A DNA stretch of 64,000 bases from Tubulanus polymorphus (lineage: Eukaryota; Animalia; Nemertea): NCBI RefSeq assembly GCF_964204645.1, contig NC_134034.1, positions 3,551,814-3,615,813 of the forward strand. The letters are read 5' to 3'. Within the stretch, counting starts at the first letter, position 1. Each line of letters opens with the position of its first letter. Positions 14,136-26,957 of the stretch are shown one piece after another. The notes beneath the pieces were generated by a model. It saw nothing but the letters and a program-made list of their open reading frames with translations. It was not told the origin of the DNA and ran no database searches. A program made the position numbers and the translations under genes.

Positions 14136-14189
14136 TTACATTGTAAAACAACATCGAACGCTATACCCGGAAAGTAAAATTAGATCTGT

Positions 14190-14680
14190 AGAAATGGGTT
14201 CCGAGTCAAATTAAACCTATCACACCGGTACTGTGCAACTGGATCCGGCCGGAATCGGATCCGGATTCAAACCTATGGAACTGGAACCAAATTAAACCCA
14301 GACGACAGTCGAACTGGATCCAAAGCCAAATTAAAACCACACAACTGTGGAACTGGCATCAAAATAAACCCACAAAACTGTGGAACTGGGTCCAGAATCA
14401 AATTAAACCCACAAAGCTGTGGAACTGGGTCTAGACAAATCAAGCGCGAACAACCACTGTGGAACTGGGTCCAGATACAAATCAAGCCCGCACCACGGTG
14501 GAACTAGGTCCAGAGTCAAACTAAACCCGCACAACTGTAGGACTGGGTCTAGTCAAATTAATCCCACGCAACCATGGAACTGGATCCAGAGGCAAATTAC
14601 GTAAACCCTGGACACAACCGTGGAATCGGGTACATCAGTCAAATTCGACCCAGAAATGGAACTGGTACCAAGTCAAATCT
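14190..14680 (-). repeat. Degenerate ~39-bp satellite (AACTGTGGAACTGG core)
   Basis: Reverse-complement copies of the unit at 21780-22420. Confidence 0.85.
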
Positions 14681-14994
14681 TCGTGAAGTGTGGATAGGTT
14701 TGAGGCGTGTTTACAGTCAGGCTTGTTCAATAACAAATGTGATGAGTATTAGGAAGTTATGGGACACGAATTAATAGAAGTGTCTGCCACTTTCATTAGC
14801 TAGTAACCATCCAATATTTAGATATAACATCAACAACAACAACAACAACAATCGCCTTGACACTAATCACTGGATGGGCAAGGTGATATTCGGACTGACC
14901 CATCCTCTTCTTAACTGTATACACTTAATCTATTAGGTCTTTATTGAATGTAATCTGGTTCCGCAGCTATGCCACCTGGTGGCATGACTGTAGA

Positions 14995-15430
14995 ACTACA
15001 TAAACAACGTTTGTTATGTTTCGAAGTGCTTTCATCTACTGTTTTTTGTAAATAATTGTTAATACTGATTTTTCCTCCATATACCATGGGAATGGTTGGA
15101 GTGTAATAAATATTCGTATTCGTATTCGTATTTCATTTTTTTAACTGTAAATAACTAACCGAATTCCGTAAAAGCATCTGAATTCAAGTACCTTTCGGAA
15201 CCTTGATGTTTAAAAAAAATCCAACTTTTAAACTAGCTAAATTTATCAAATTAGGTCTAGATGTATATAGATTCCTCCGGTAGTACGTAAATAGTATGTT
15301 GGACATAACGTTTGTTATGTTTCATGATACCCTTATTTCCCATTTTTGTAAATAATTGTAAATACGGTTTTCTTTCCTCCATATACCATGAAAATGGTTG
15401 GAGTGTATTAAATATTCGTATTCGTATTCA
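14995..15430 (+). mobile_element. Two adjacent LINE-like 3' tail fragments ending in (TATTCG)n
   Basis: A ~130-bp block AACGTTTGTTATGTTTC...CCTCCATATACCATG...GGAGTGTA(A/T)TAAATATTCGTATTCG occurs at ~15005-15132 and ~15307-15429. Confidence 0.5.
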
Positions 15431-18322
15431 TCTTAAAAATATTAGCGTATTGTGGCATTAAAAATAGCGTTATTACAGGTTTGTATGATCGATTGCCTCT
15501 AAAGATGACCTTCTCCAAAAAAAATAAGCTAACAACTAGGCAATCTCATGGGATCTACTAACAACTGTACTGGTGGCTGCCAAAATTCGAACTCTCTCCC
15601 TCTCTACTCGTTTTCCAACTTAACTACTCTCTCCCTCTACCAAGTTTCAACCGAGTGATCTCTCCCTACCAAATTGAGTATGGTTTCTACAGAATCTGCA
15701 ACCTCCATCAACCACTCTCCGACTAGAAATACATTTCCAACCACCAACACTACATACCAAGTTTCTGAATCATGTTTTCTGAATTATTCCCTTAGACTAA
15801 GCTATTTACATTTCTTTTTTTTCTATTCGTTAAGACCAACTTCTCACATTAAATCATTATTTTTATTCGTTATTTGTTTCCCCAGACGTTATCAATATGT
15901 ATATCATTATTCAATTAACCCTAGTCAACTATCGTGTATTCCTATATTCAAGCGATAGAGACGGGTTTTTTGTCATGGACATTTATCAATTTATAGTAGT
16001 CAACAGCTTTAGAGTGTAGATTATTGACGTCATTGTATGTTTGAATAGTTAAAACTAAATAATCCTCGCAGTTTGTATGGAGCACTTCCCTCACCTCTGA
16101 CTCATCGAGTGACTCGTCGACGTTTACTTCAGAATCATCGGGAATAAATCGAAAAATTGGAATAAGACGTATACGGTTTACAGTTACGACCCGCGAGCAG
16201 ACCTGCTTAAGTTACGACCTGCCGACCTGAGAGGAGGCCCTCAGCGACTGCGCCCCTACCCCAAGAAATTCTGAAAATTTAGTTTCATTTTTATACAATT
16301 TTAGTGCATTTCAGACCTAGATCAGTAAACGAGATAAGAAGCCTGTATTAAGTGGATTTTCAGATAAACATTAATTTCATAGATCAAAGAGGATTTTTCT
16401 CAGAAAATCCACGAAAAAGCAAAAAAGTGATTCAGCCTACATTTAGGATGACATTTCTCGATTGTTCATAAGTAAATAATATCCGTTGACATGTCCTATA
16501 CTAATGGTTAAGTAATTGAATAATGCATGTAATTACAACATTTGATTTTGTCTGAGAGTATCCGGCGCAACACTAAGCTACAAAATGCAATGGAAAAACA
16601 AGACCATCAATTTTATCAAATTGTACACATAACATTTAACATTTTCTCGGCAGTTATGGTTGGACATAATATAGTCATCAGTATTAATTTCCACCCTGCG
16701 TCAAAAATTCTAACCATTCTAAACAGTTCTGCCGGTTCAATTTTTGACCCGTGATTTTCAAAAGGGCTCGTGGTCAGGTTCGAACCCGTCCCCCCTAGTA
16801 AGTCCAACCCCTGAGTGGTTCCTCCTCGACTGGTTTGACGAGAGGGTTCAACACCAATCCGTTGGCGACATACGAGACGTCCGTATTTCATGATTTCGAG
16901 TATTTATATCGAAATTCGAGTTATTATGTCGAAATCCGACTTATTATGTCGAAATCAGACTTAATGAACCGAATTTCGACATAATAACTCGAATTTCGAC
17001 ATAATGACTCGAATTTCAAGATAAAGTGAGAAAAAATTTATCTCTTATGCCACAAACGGGCTCCTGTACCAAAAGAGCGCCGCTACTAGTCGTAGAATAT
17101 GCAAAGAGGCTTTGCTCACCGGTAAGAAAGCACTGCTTTCTTTTACAAATTCAATTTGATTCAATATCCATTTCACAGAAGGCAAATATAAAACAGGAAA
17201 AAAAATTTGAAAACGAGAGGGAAAAAACCAATTTACAAAAAGCACAAATCGCGAAAACACTGCTTTTGTCATAAATTATTCGCTTCACTGAAAAGTGGAT
17301 CGCCTATTAATTACATGTAAAGTAGAAATCACTAAATGGGGAACCGGCACACTAGCTATCCCGTCAGATGGCGCCACTGAGATATCAGACGCACTCGATA
17401 AAATTAGTTCATTTTCTAGTAACTTTGATCTCAATTTCCGGTCTTCCAATCCAAAAATTCAAAAATCACGCGTCGAAATAAACCCCGATTAGTCTTGAGG
17501 GTTCATACGTGCCACGATTTTCGTATATCATGCATAGAATTTGAGAAATTATTGTTAGATTTTAATTATTGAGTTTGAGTAGAAATCCAGCGTCGACGTC
17601 GTACACTAGCGACACCAGGCGGATTATGGTGGAATTCTGCTTGCCACAGTAGCGTTACCGGTACCCCATTCGGGACCCAGTTCCACAGTTGTGAGTAAGA
17701 GTTAACTCTGAGTTTATGTTAGTTCATTTTCGATGAGTCAACTCGGAGTTAAATTTTAACCCGAACTGGACCCGGGTGACTATAGGGACTGCGCTCAGAC
17801 TTCTCCGAATGAAGTAAAAACCGAATTTTGAATAAAACACGGTCATAAAAAACGGGTTGAATGGACTGAATATTACATTCGAAAATCCGGATTGAAAATT
17901 CCGAAATCAGTGAGTTCTGTAGTTCGATATATGATGACTGCATTGCGGAAGCCGACAACGTGTTGTATACGCCTAAAAATATCTGATAATTAGTAATTTA
18001 AGATAACGAACCAAGATTAACATTTTCGAAATATCATGCAGAGCACAAAAGTACGCGACAGTTATCGTGTTTCGACCGGTCATCAAATCCTGCTGGAGAC
18101 ATGTCTGAACAAGCAGATTGATTTAAGAAAATACTAAGGAGTAGGCTATGTATAGATATACAAATCATGCATGCGCGCAATTAAGACATATGAAACCACC
18201 TCGAAGATTGTATACACACAGGAATTGGCATTTAAACTTCCTCACGACAGTCGTCAAGTACTAATAATCCAAGCCTTTTTTGGTGAATTATTATGTATAC
18301 ATTGTTAGAAAGAGATTCTAGG

Positions 18323-18606
18323 GGAGAGGGAGAGGGAGAGGGAGAGGGAGAGGGAGAGGGAGAGGGAGAGGGAGAGGGAGAGGGAGGGAGAGGGAGAGGG
18401 AGAGGGAGAGGGAGAGGGAGAGGGAGAGGGAGAGGGAGAGGGAGAGGGAGAGGGAGAGGGAGAGGGAGAGGGAGAGGGAGAGGGAGAGGGAGAGGGAGAG
18501 GGAGAGGGAGAGGGAGAGGGAGAGGGAGAGGGAGAGGGAGAGGGAGAGGGAGAGGGAGAGGGAGAGGGAGAGGGAGAGGGAGAGGGAGAGGGAGAGGGAG
18601 AGGGAG
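18323..18606 (+). repeat. (GGGAGA)n hexamer microsatellite
   Basis: Directly visible. Confidence 0.97.
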
Positions 18607-19325
18607 AGAGGGGGAATAGATCAAAAATGTGTGATATTAATCGTTCTGTTGACTGTAGAGAGCTACCGTACGTATGTTGAAATTATTAATCACGACAGCG
18701 GATAAAGCGTGTTGAAAAGTAGGACACCGTGTCTCTAAAAGCAATATGTTTGGACAAATTTGATGCGCGGTGATGTTAAAATGCAGAGTTTAGAAAATAG
18801 GCGAATCCTGTGCCAGAAAAATGCGAAAAGACTCGTGGGTGTTTTGCGCGAGTCGGCCCCCTTCACCGCGGACAGGCTTTTAGGAAAGAAGTTCCCGTAT
18901 GAATTGCAAATTATTCTTTTTTTTGTCAAATTGATCCCATCGTGACAATTGCTACTGGTCCTGATCTCAATTTCATGCGGAACTCTACCTTACTTTCTAA
19001 ATGCATCGACTTGACAATATGACAAAACAAGCCATAGGCGACCAACGGTTCTCGGGTCCGAATTCGAAATTACCATGCGTTAGTTTGCATTTTGGATATG
19101 TTGTACCCAGGTCAAATAAACGAGTTTTGTCAAGTCACCGCTTGGTGGCGCACTGGGGCCATTCACTGCGTACTACCCAAGTTATTCATCAAAGATCGAC
19201 CCACTATAATTAACGATAATTGACGAATTACTATGATTAACGAAGTTAGGAAGCTCACTAACGGAAGCCTGAGAACCAATAAACAAAATCGATATTTCAA
19301 AAAATGTTCTTTTTTCAAATTGCAG

Positions 19326-19989
19326 ATTACATACGATTCTATTGACGACGAATCGACCAATGCAGACGAAACCGACGCCAATTTCCATGCGACTGATCTG
19401 CGTTATAGTAGTATTCAGCATAGTACAGTATTGTCGAGCTATGCCGGCCTCGGACGTATCAATACCGACCCCGGAATCGTGCAAAAGGCGCCCGGTGGCC
19501 ATACGGATATCGTTCAATAACTGCGAGACGAAACGGCGTGTAGTGTTCGCCTGCAAGGGCACCTGCCCGAGCTACAGTCAAATGTCGTCCGGCGGCGAGA
19601 CTATCGATCGATCGTGTAAATGCTGCAAGGAAAAAGGCGAAATCGAACACCGAGTCAAATTGCGCTGTCGTAACCGCGAAACTCGACGACTTCAGATCGT
19701 ACAAGTTAAAATGAAAGTTCCCCTAGATTGTATGTGTCGACCGTGTTCTAATTTATTGAATCCGACGCAGGCGTTGCAATTCGGTGGTGAAGGGACCAGC
19801 GCGGGTGCCATGAGGATGAGGACCGCGGCCAAACGATCGTTGTCGCTGCCGCCGCCGCCCGCTTCCGGTTTCTACGATCGATACAGCAGCGATTACGGCA
19901 ACATCGGCGACGACCTTGAAGATGACGTAATCGACGATTACCCCGATCGCGACCTGATCGTTTCGAAACGCAGATTGAGATTCGATTGA
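19326..19989 (+). CDS. Burs: Bursicon alpha subunit-like cystine-knot neurohormone precursor (main exon; in-frame ATGs at 19360 and 19387)
   Basis: Hydrophobic signal MRLICVIVVFSIVQYCRA, then an 11-Cys domain C...C...FACKGTCPSYSQ...RSCKCCKEKGE...V.L.C...K.PLDCMCRPC matching the bursicon-alpha pattern (FAC.G.C.SY.Q, RSC.CC.E.GE, PL.CMCRPC). Acceptor TTTTTTCAAATTGCAG at 19325; AATAAA at 20083. Confidence 0.9.
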
Positions 19990-20497
19990 AATTTGTGAAC
20001 CTAATTCCGATTCTAGTCGCATAACTTTCGATTTATATATTTTTGGCGGTCAGGAATGTTGTTGTTTTTTTGCTGCTGGAAAAATAAATTCAAAAAAGAA
20101 AGAGAAATTATTCTATTCAAATGAACGCGCTCAATCAATCTTTTGTAGATAAAACGGTTATTTTTCATTTTATTGTTTGAAGGCAAAGCAAAAATGGCGC
20201 ACACCTTAAACCACTCGTCGTACCGAGGGAGTCTAAAGCTAATCGCTATGTATTCGTTTCACAACAAGCAAAGTAATGCATTTTGAACGACCATCCGTGA
20301 AATATATATATACGTTATGGTTGATGAGTGGCAATTTTGGGAGGCCTGGTCCAGAAGAAAGAAAATGGCAGTTTCCAGATGAAAGCAACCATTTCTAAGG
20401 CGACTATTGGGTGCACGCTCGTTATAAGATGGTTTATTTTTGTTTTGTTTTGAAGAAAAACATCTAAAGATAACCAGCTTATGGTCAGCCTTTTATA

Positions 20498-20499
<2 letters not shown>

Positions 20500-20586
<87 letters not shown>
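20500..20586. repeat. (AT)n microsatellite
   Basis: Directly visible. Confidence 0.97.
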
Positions 20587-20588
<2 letters not shown>

Positions 20589-21779
20589 TTCATTTCTATC
20601 TTTAAATATGGACAAGACTTCCTGAAAAAGTCACTTTCAGGGGCCAGTTTTATAGACCGGTACAATGCATATAACTCTGGTCCCAGATTCAGAAAAAGAT
20701 TTATCAAACTCCCACCAATGCAACTAAGGAGTCGATATTTTTTTAAAAACTTGTCCGGGTAGGTTCAACTCAACTGACTCTTACCTTCATGGATTGTCCA
20801 TCTTATCTTTTTGATTGGTAGATTTGATTTGATTTAATTCGTCAGCCCTTATAAACTGGATTTGAATATATTGGTAATTGAATTGAATTGACCGGCAACC
20901 AGTCTAGCCCCGATATATTGATGACGTAGCGCACGCTTTTCAAAAAACAATTATTAAGATTTATCAAAAAATAAAATCAGAGTTATATATTTGATTACAA
21001 AAAATGCAAAAATTCACAGTTGTAATTGTTATTTTGAAACCCAAATATTGATGACGTAGTGCACATCGACTCACACGGAACCCCTCATATAACGCATTAT
21101 ACTAGGTATCAAATGTATATAAACATTATTGCAAAGTCGAAAAACTGCAGAATATTGTGTAAACCTGCTATTTTACAGGCATCTGCAAAAACAGACAAGT
21201 TTTTACGGCTTTCCACACGCGTAACTGCGTAATAGTGACGTAATACGCTAAAATGGCTCGTAAACGTCACGCGTCACGGTGGAGGCTCACATGTGACCGA
21301 AACCCACGACCGCGTGTGTGCGTCTAACTAACATACGTGCCGTAGTTCAAATGACGGTCACACACGTTTTAGACGTTTACGTTTGAACGCGGCGCTGCTT
21401 CCGTCGTCAGGGCAATAAATCCTCGTTAATCCGCGACTTTGATGTGGTTTTAATCTGAACGGCTTTCCGCGCACTCCCCGGTCGGTCAATAACTTTTACG
21501 TTTATGACAACGACGGAAAATAATGAATGAACCCCCTCCAGTCGCATAGAGATTACTGGATCTCATTCTCCGGATGCCTGCTGCTGGTGACATATTCCGT
21601 GGATGTTTCAGTGACGGGTCGACGCTGATTACCTGTCTATACGTAATATAGAAATTAGTTCTCATCTCCCGGGTGCCGACGATACATGCAGTTAATTAAT
21701 TCCAAAATGAACTTCCGAAAACAGGTTCTTTCCTATTTCTATGCGTATTTTGATCGTCGCGCGAGCCACAAACCTGCAG

Positions 21780-22420
21780 TTTTACAGTTGTGTGGGCTTA
21801 ATTGGACTCTGGATCCAGTCCCACAGTTGTGTGGGCTTAATTCGATTCTAGACCCAGTTCCACAGTTGTGTGGGCTTAATTCGACTCTTCACCCAGTTCC
21901 ACAGTTGTGTGGTCTTAATTCGACTATGGACCCAGTTCCACAGTTGTGTGGGCTTTATTCGATTCTGGGCCCAGTTCCACAGTTGCGCGGGTTTAATTTG
22001 ACTCTGGATCCAGTACCACAGTTGCGCGGGTTTAATTTGACTCTGGATCCAGTACCACTGTTGCGCGGGTTTAACTTGAATTTGGATCCAATTCCACAGT
22101 TGCATGGGTTTGATTTTGAATCTGGACACACAGTTCCACAGTTGAGTGAGTTTAATTCGACCCTAGATCCAGTTCCACACAATCGAGTGAGTTTAACTTG
22201 AATCTGGATCCAATTCCACAGTTGAGTGAGTTTAATTCGACCCTAGATCCAGTTCCACACAATCGAGTGAGTTTAACTTGAATCTAGATCCAATTCCACA
22301 GTTGAGTGAGTTTAATTTGAATCTGGATCCAGTTACACAGTTGTGCGGGTTTAATTTGACTCTGGAGTCAGTTCCACAGTTGTGTGAGCTTAATTCGACT
22401 CGGGTTCCAGCTCCATAGTT
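21780..22420 (+). repeat. 39-bp tandem satellite (GACCCAGTTCCACAGTTGTGTGGGCTTAATTCGACTCTG), ~16 copies
   Basis: Period 39 (e.g. 21851 to 21890); produces the spurious DPVPQLCGLNSTL-repeat ORF. Confidence 0.92.
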
Positions 22421-23134
22421 GCGTCGGTTCAATTTGTTCGTCAGAGATGCCCCCAACCATTATCTAACTCCGTGTGGACGCGGCTCTACAGGTGTATGGG
22501 CGTGTGAGTGTGTGGATTTACTGTAGTTCTACACGCGGGTTCACACAAATAATAAAAGTTGCTCGTGGTGTTAATAACTAAGAACGTTGTAACAATGCTT
22601 TAACGCGTCATCGACACGCCCTACAACGTGCACGTGACGAGCATTCGCGAAAACAAGCGCAGCGAGAGACAGGTCAACAAACGTCCATCGAAGAGCTGAA
22701 ACAAATAGAGATATTTCGAGCATTCGTGAAAACAAGCGCAGCGAGAGACAAGTCAACAAACGTCCATCGAAGAGCTGAAACAAATAACAGATATTTCAGA
22801 TACATCCTCTTTATTTCATAGAATACAAGTAACATAATACACTTTATATACGATATCATAGTATATATATATAATATATATTAATATATTAATCGTAATA
22901 ATCAACATTAAATTAAAATCGCTGATAGGGAGCGGACAAAAAGAAGAACGTACATGTTTACAGCTCAGACGAGGGAAAGGCGGAAGGTGACTAAGGTGAG
23001 GGAAGAATATAACGGAACTAATTTCGGCTAAAAATGATGATACGCCGTCTCTCCTAATCGGCCGGGTCATTTCGTAAAAGCTTGATGATGATTTTTTTTT
23101 CTAAAGTGATGACCCGGCTGCTGTGCAGAAACAA

Positions 23135-23244
23135 GGTCCCAGTTCCACAGTTGTGAGTTAGAGTTGACTCTGGGTTAAAGTTAGTTCATTTTCGATGAGT
23201 TAACTCAGAGTTAATTCTTAACTCACAACTGTGGAACTGGACCC
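23135..23244. mobile_element. ~100-110 bp palindromic Harbinger-like MITE family (also ~17673-17773, ~33926-34031, 35704-35814, 36004-36100; relatives 25481-25553, 34560-34666)
   Basis: TIR G(G/A)(C/T)CCAGTTCCACAGTT / AACTGTGGAACTGGG(T/A)C with shared core TAGTTCATTTTCGATG. 3-bp TSDs CAG/CAG (36004, 34560) and CTG/CTG (25481). Confidence 0.8.
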
Positions 23245-26062
23245 AAGGATTTTTGTCGACGACGCCTACGATGGGTTAAACCCGGGAATCTCCGTTCATC
23301 TCATTTTCATATTCCCCTGACGACACGACGCGAGGGCGGAGCCAGGATTTTGTGTAAGGTGAGAGACCAGGTTACTGAACGGGCACAATAGTAATCAAGA
23401 AGGGCACCACAACCTGGCGAGCGGCTTCATAGTGGGACCATCCGGAGGCCCTCACCCGGAAAATTTTGAAATGTTGGTGTTCTCCAAGGCTATTGATGGC
23501 TGTCACGAGGGAAAAACTCATATTGACTTTAAAAAATGAAAAAAAACATGAAAAATTTTCAGGACACCTAAAAAAATTTATGACTCTAATTTCCACGCAT
23601 TAGCTTCCCCACAAAAATCCACCGCCCCTGATTGCCCGTAAAAGCTGCTGGTTTTGTTCATGATTCGTTGCTTATATTTATGTAACGAATTCGTTTCTTA
23701 ATTTCCGAAAGCGGATAAAAAAAAAGTTAAAAAATAAAATGTATACTTAACGTCTAATAGAATGTGCTGCCCTCTAGTGGGAATACAAGGAAAACCGGAA
23801 GTTAGGATAGGTAAAAAGCCTATTGAAATAGCTATGAACGCGTATTCAAGTATTGAACAATAAGCAAAAAAGAAGTGCATAATTCGAGGGGAAAAAATCG
23901 CAATGAAAATCACAGTTCCTAGCGAAAATACGTGCTAGGCCTAACGGAGGTCTTCACCGAATCGATCAAAAGAAACTAAAATTCGATATGAAATTCGTTG
24001 AAAATCATTACATATAAATCGTTGAAAACGTGTGTAACGCCAAAAAAAAACTGCTCTTAAAAGGAGGTAATTTTACAAGCTTTTGCCACCAAGCGTATAG
24101 TACAGTTGAACCTCGTTAATACGTTAATACATTATTTTATTATGGCTATTCTTTTTATTACCGGTAAATGTATTTTTATCATTATTTCTATTTTCATTTT
24201 AATAATAATAATTATTATTATTATTATCATCATTATTATTATTATAAGAATTATCATTATTATTAGAATTATTATTATTATTATTAATATAATCATTAAC
24301 ATTCTTTATTTAGGAATCAAATAACAACATTAGAAAATTGTGCAGGTGATAAAAAGATAATGTAAACTATAAATCGATGGATAACAGAAGAAGTTAGAAA
24401 CTTGTATCCATAAAACGTGGCCCAAGCACATATGAAAATCACTCAACACTCACACACACACGTCACGGGCACACGCATATACATTCGAAAATCATGACAA
24501 GGCAGTGAAAACGTGACTCATAAATTCAGATCAACATACATTAAACAGATATTAAACATATTGACCAATTAACAGATGATACTAGAAATTCTTTTTATAA
24601 ACATCAATACACTACGACTTCTTTTGAAGTTGGATCGAGTGAATTCCGATTAAGATGTTTAAGATGAAGCCAGTTTTTTTTACGGCAATATCACTTTTGC
24701 CTACAAGCTTCGTATTAACGAGGTTCCGCTGTGAGAAACACTAATGCATTTTCGAATAAAATTTATTATAAGGCTAAACAAAAATGATACCTTGTTTCTC
24801 CGCAGCGGCCGGGTCATTTTTGTAAAATATGATAAAATTTGTAAACAGTTCACTTCTATAGTGGCCGGGTCTGTAATGGTAAAATTGATCACGATTTAAA
24901 AAAAAGTAATGTATAGGGTAGATAGGCGGCCGGCCGGGTCAACATTTAAGCTCAGCAGAGCGGAGAAACAAGGTATCAATTTTTTTTAGCCTAAAGAAGA
25001 AGTTTTGATTATTGCTGGAATGGTCGGTGAAAATTTAGCTTCCATGTTAGTCGATGCGTACGCCATCTGGTAGATGTAGATGTTAAAAGCTATACCCTTC
25101 CCAGTAAGGAATTTCGTTGCGTATGTGACGATGCTATTAGGTTCGAATCCGATTATCTTCCCTCGGCAGGGATTCGAACGCGATGGCATCGAGACACTGC
25201 CACGGCCCGAAACCCTGTGCCCGATTCGCCCCGGGTGCGTAGGTCAAATCAGAATCGCGTTTAACTTCAGCCAGGAATATTCCATCGGCGAAATCCGCTT
25301 CATCGATTAAACAACAGACAGTCTAATTGGCACCGTGCCCCAGACCCCCTTATTGCTTTCATTTGCACCCCAACCCTTTCAAAATGATGGATCCGCCCCC
25401 TGATATCTGCCAACCGATGACGAGCTGTGAGGATGGAACGCAGTAAAGTCAACTGATGTACCACGCCAGCCACGAGGCTGGGGCCAGTTGCACAGTTGTG
25501 ACTTAAGTCCACAATTGGTTTTAAAGTCTAAGCTATGACTACGAAACCGGCCCCTGGTTCGATTCCAAACATGTATAAATGACGTGAAGCATGTTCCCTC
25601 GTTTTTGGGAACATGTCTGACGGACGCCAGGGGGCCGGTTCCATAGGCATGGCTTAGACTTAAGACCAGTCTAAACAGTTTAAGTTGTATATACGTTATA
25701 GTTCAATCTAACAACTTGAGACCAGTCTTAACATTAAAAGACCACGTCTTTCGGACTCAAGTCTCGTTTATGGAACCGGCTAAGCCCGGTGTGGGTTTGA
25801 GTACCCACTGTTCATATGAACATTTCACTGAGATATCTTTCAAATCGAACAAAAGCGGTTTATATCACACATATCACACATACATATTATCAAATGTTCG
25901 TTTTCATTTATCAGCATACAGTCAGTCATACGTAGCAAACAGCGGTAAAACAGAAATAGTTCAGAAATGTCAACAATATAAAATTTGAGGTAATGGCAAC
26001 ACGCATTCGAGATCAGTAGTGCCGGCAACCATACCACATAATTTTCTTATATTCCAGGTTTT

Positions 26063-26332
26063 CAATAGAGGATTCCACTTGTGGCAAGTGAGGATCCGCC
26101 AGGTGTCACTAGTGTGCAGTAGGACATCGACTACTGCAGCAATAGAGGATTCCACTTGTGGCAGGTGAGCATCCGCCAGGTGTCACTAGTGTGCAGTAGG
26201 ACATCGAATACTGCAGCAATGGAAGATTTAACTGGTGGCAAGTGAGAATCCACCGAGTGTCGCTAGTGTGCAGTAGGACATCAACTACTGCGGCAATAGA
26301 GGATTCCACTTGTATCAAGTGAGGATCCACAG
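26063..26332 (+). repeat. 77-bp hairpin-rich satellite (family also at ~41670-41760, 47553-47980, 51600-52120 and inverted at 59955-61035)
   Basis: Unit CAATAGAGGATTCCACTTGTGGCAAGTGAGGATCCACCAGGTGTCGCTAGTGTGCAGTAGGACATCAACTACTGCAG; period 77 (26063 to 26140). Confidence 0.9.
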
Positions 26333-26957
26333 GCTTTTTTGATAATCTTCGGATTCCTAAGTAAAAAATCCAGTTCAAAGGTGAAAATGAACTAATCTAG
26401 AATAAAGGGATAACTTAAAGCCCGACATATACGACACAAGAAACACCGAAACGCTGAATCAAACATGCGATAAACTCGCTTACCGACAACGCACATCACA
26501 CAGGAACACAAAAGCCCCAAGGGGCAGGGGCACTATGGCTGGTCTATCGGCTTTTCATAAACTGGCAAATGACACATTCAGTGTGTTATATTTTTGCAAA
26601 ATACACTCCCCATTTGTAAAGTTATAGGCTCGCAAACATGTTTCTGTGCCCGGCTGTTTCCGTGTTTACCCGCGTCGTATGCGTTACACTTAAAACCGAG
26701 AATCCGGTTATCTAGCGGTATAACTGGCGTTGCCGCTTTAATCAATTCAAATAACAGCAGGGGAATTGCACGCGAATCACTTCAAATCACCTTATATACA
26801 CTCTTAAGGAACTATTCTACCAATTGTCAAGAGACACGCCATCTATCGGTGGAAACTAGTTACAAAGAGTAGTCATTAGAAAAAAGATCACATTACATCC
26901 TTCTACTGTACATTGAAATCATTAAAAAAGAAGCACAAAAAACAGAAAAATCGTTTT

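Noticed and set aside
18066-18092. Minus-strand TTGATGA-CCGGTC-GAAAC motif
   Set aside because: No proper stem II loop, stem I or NUH site
19975-19989. C-terminal LRF as an RFamide neuropeptide
   Set aside because: Followed by Asp then stop, with no Gly amide donor
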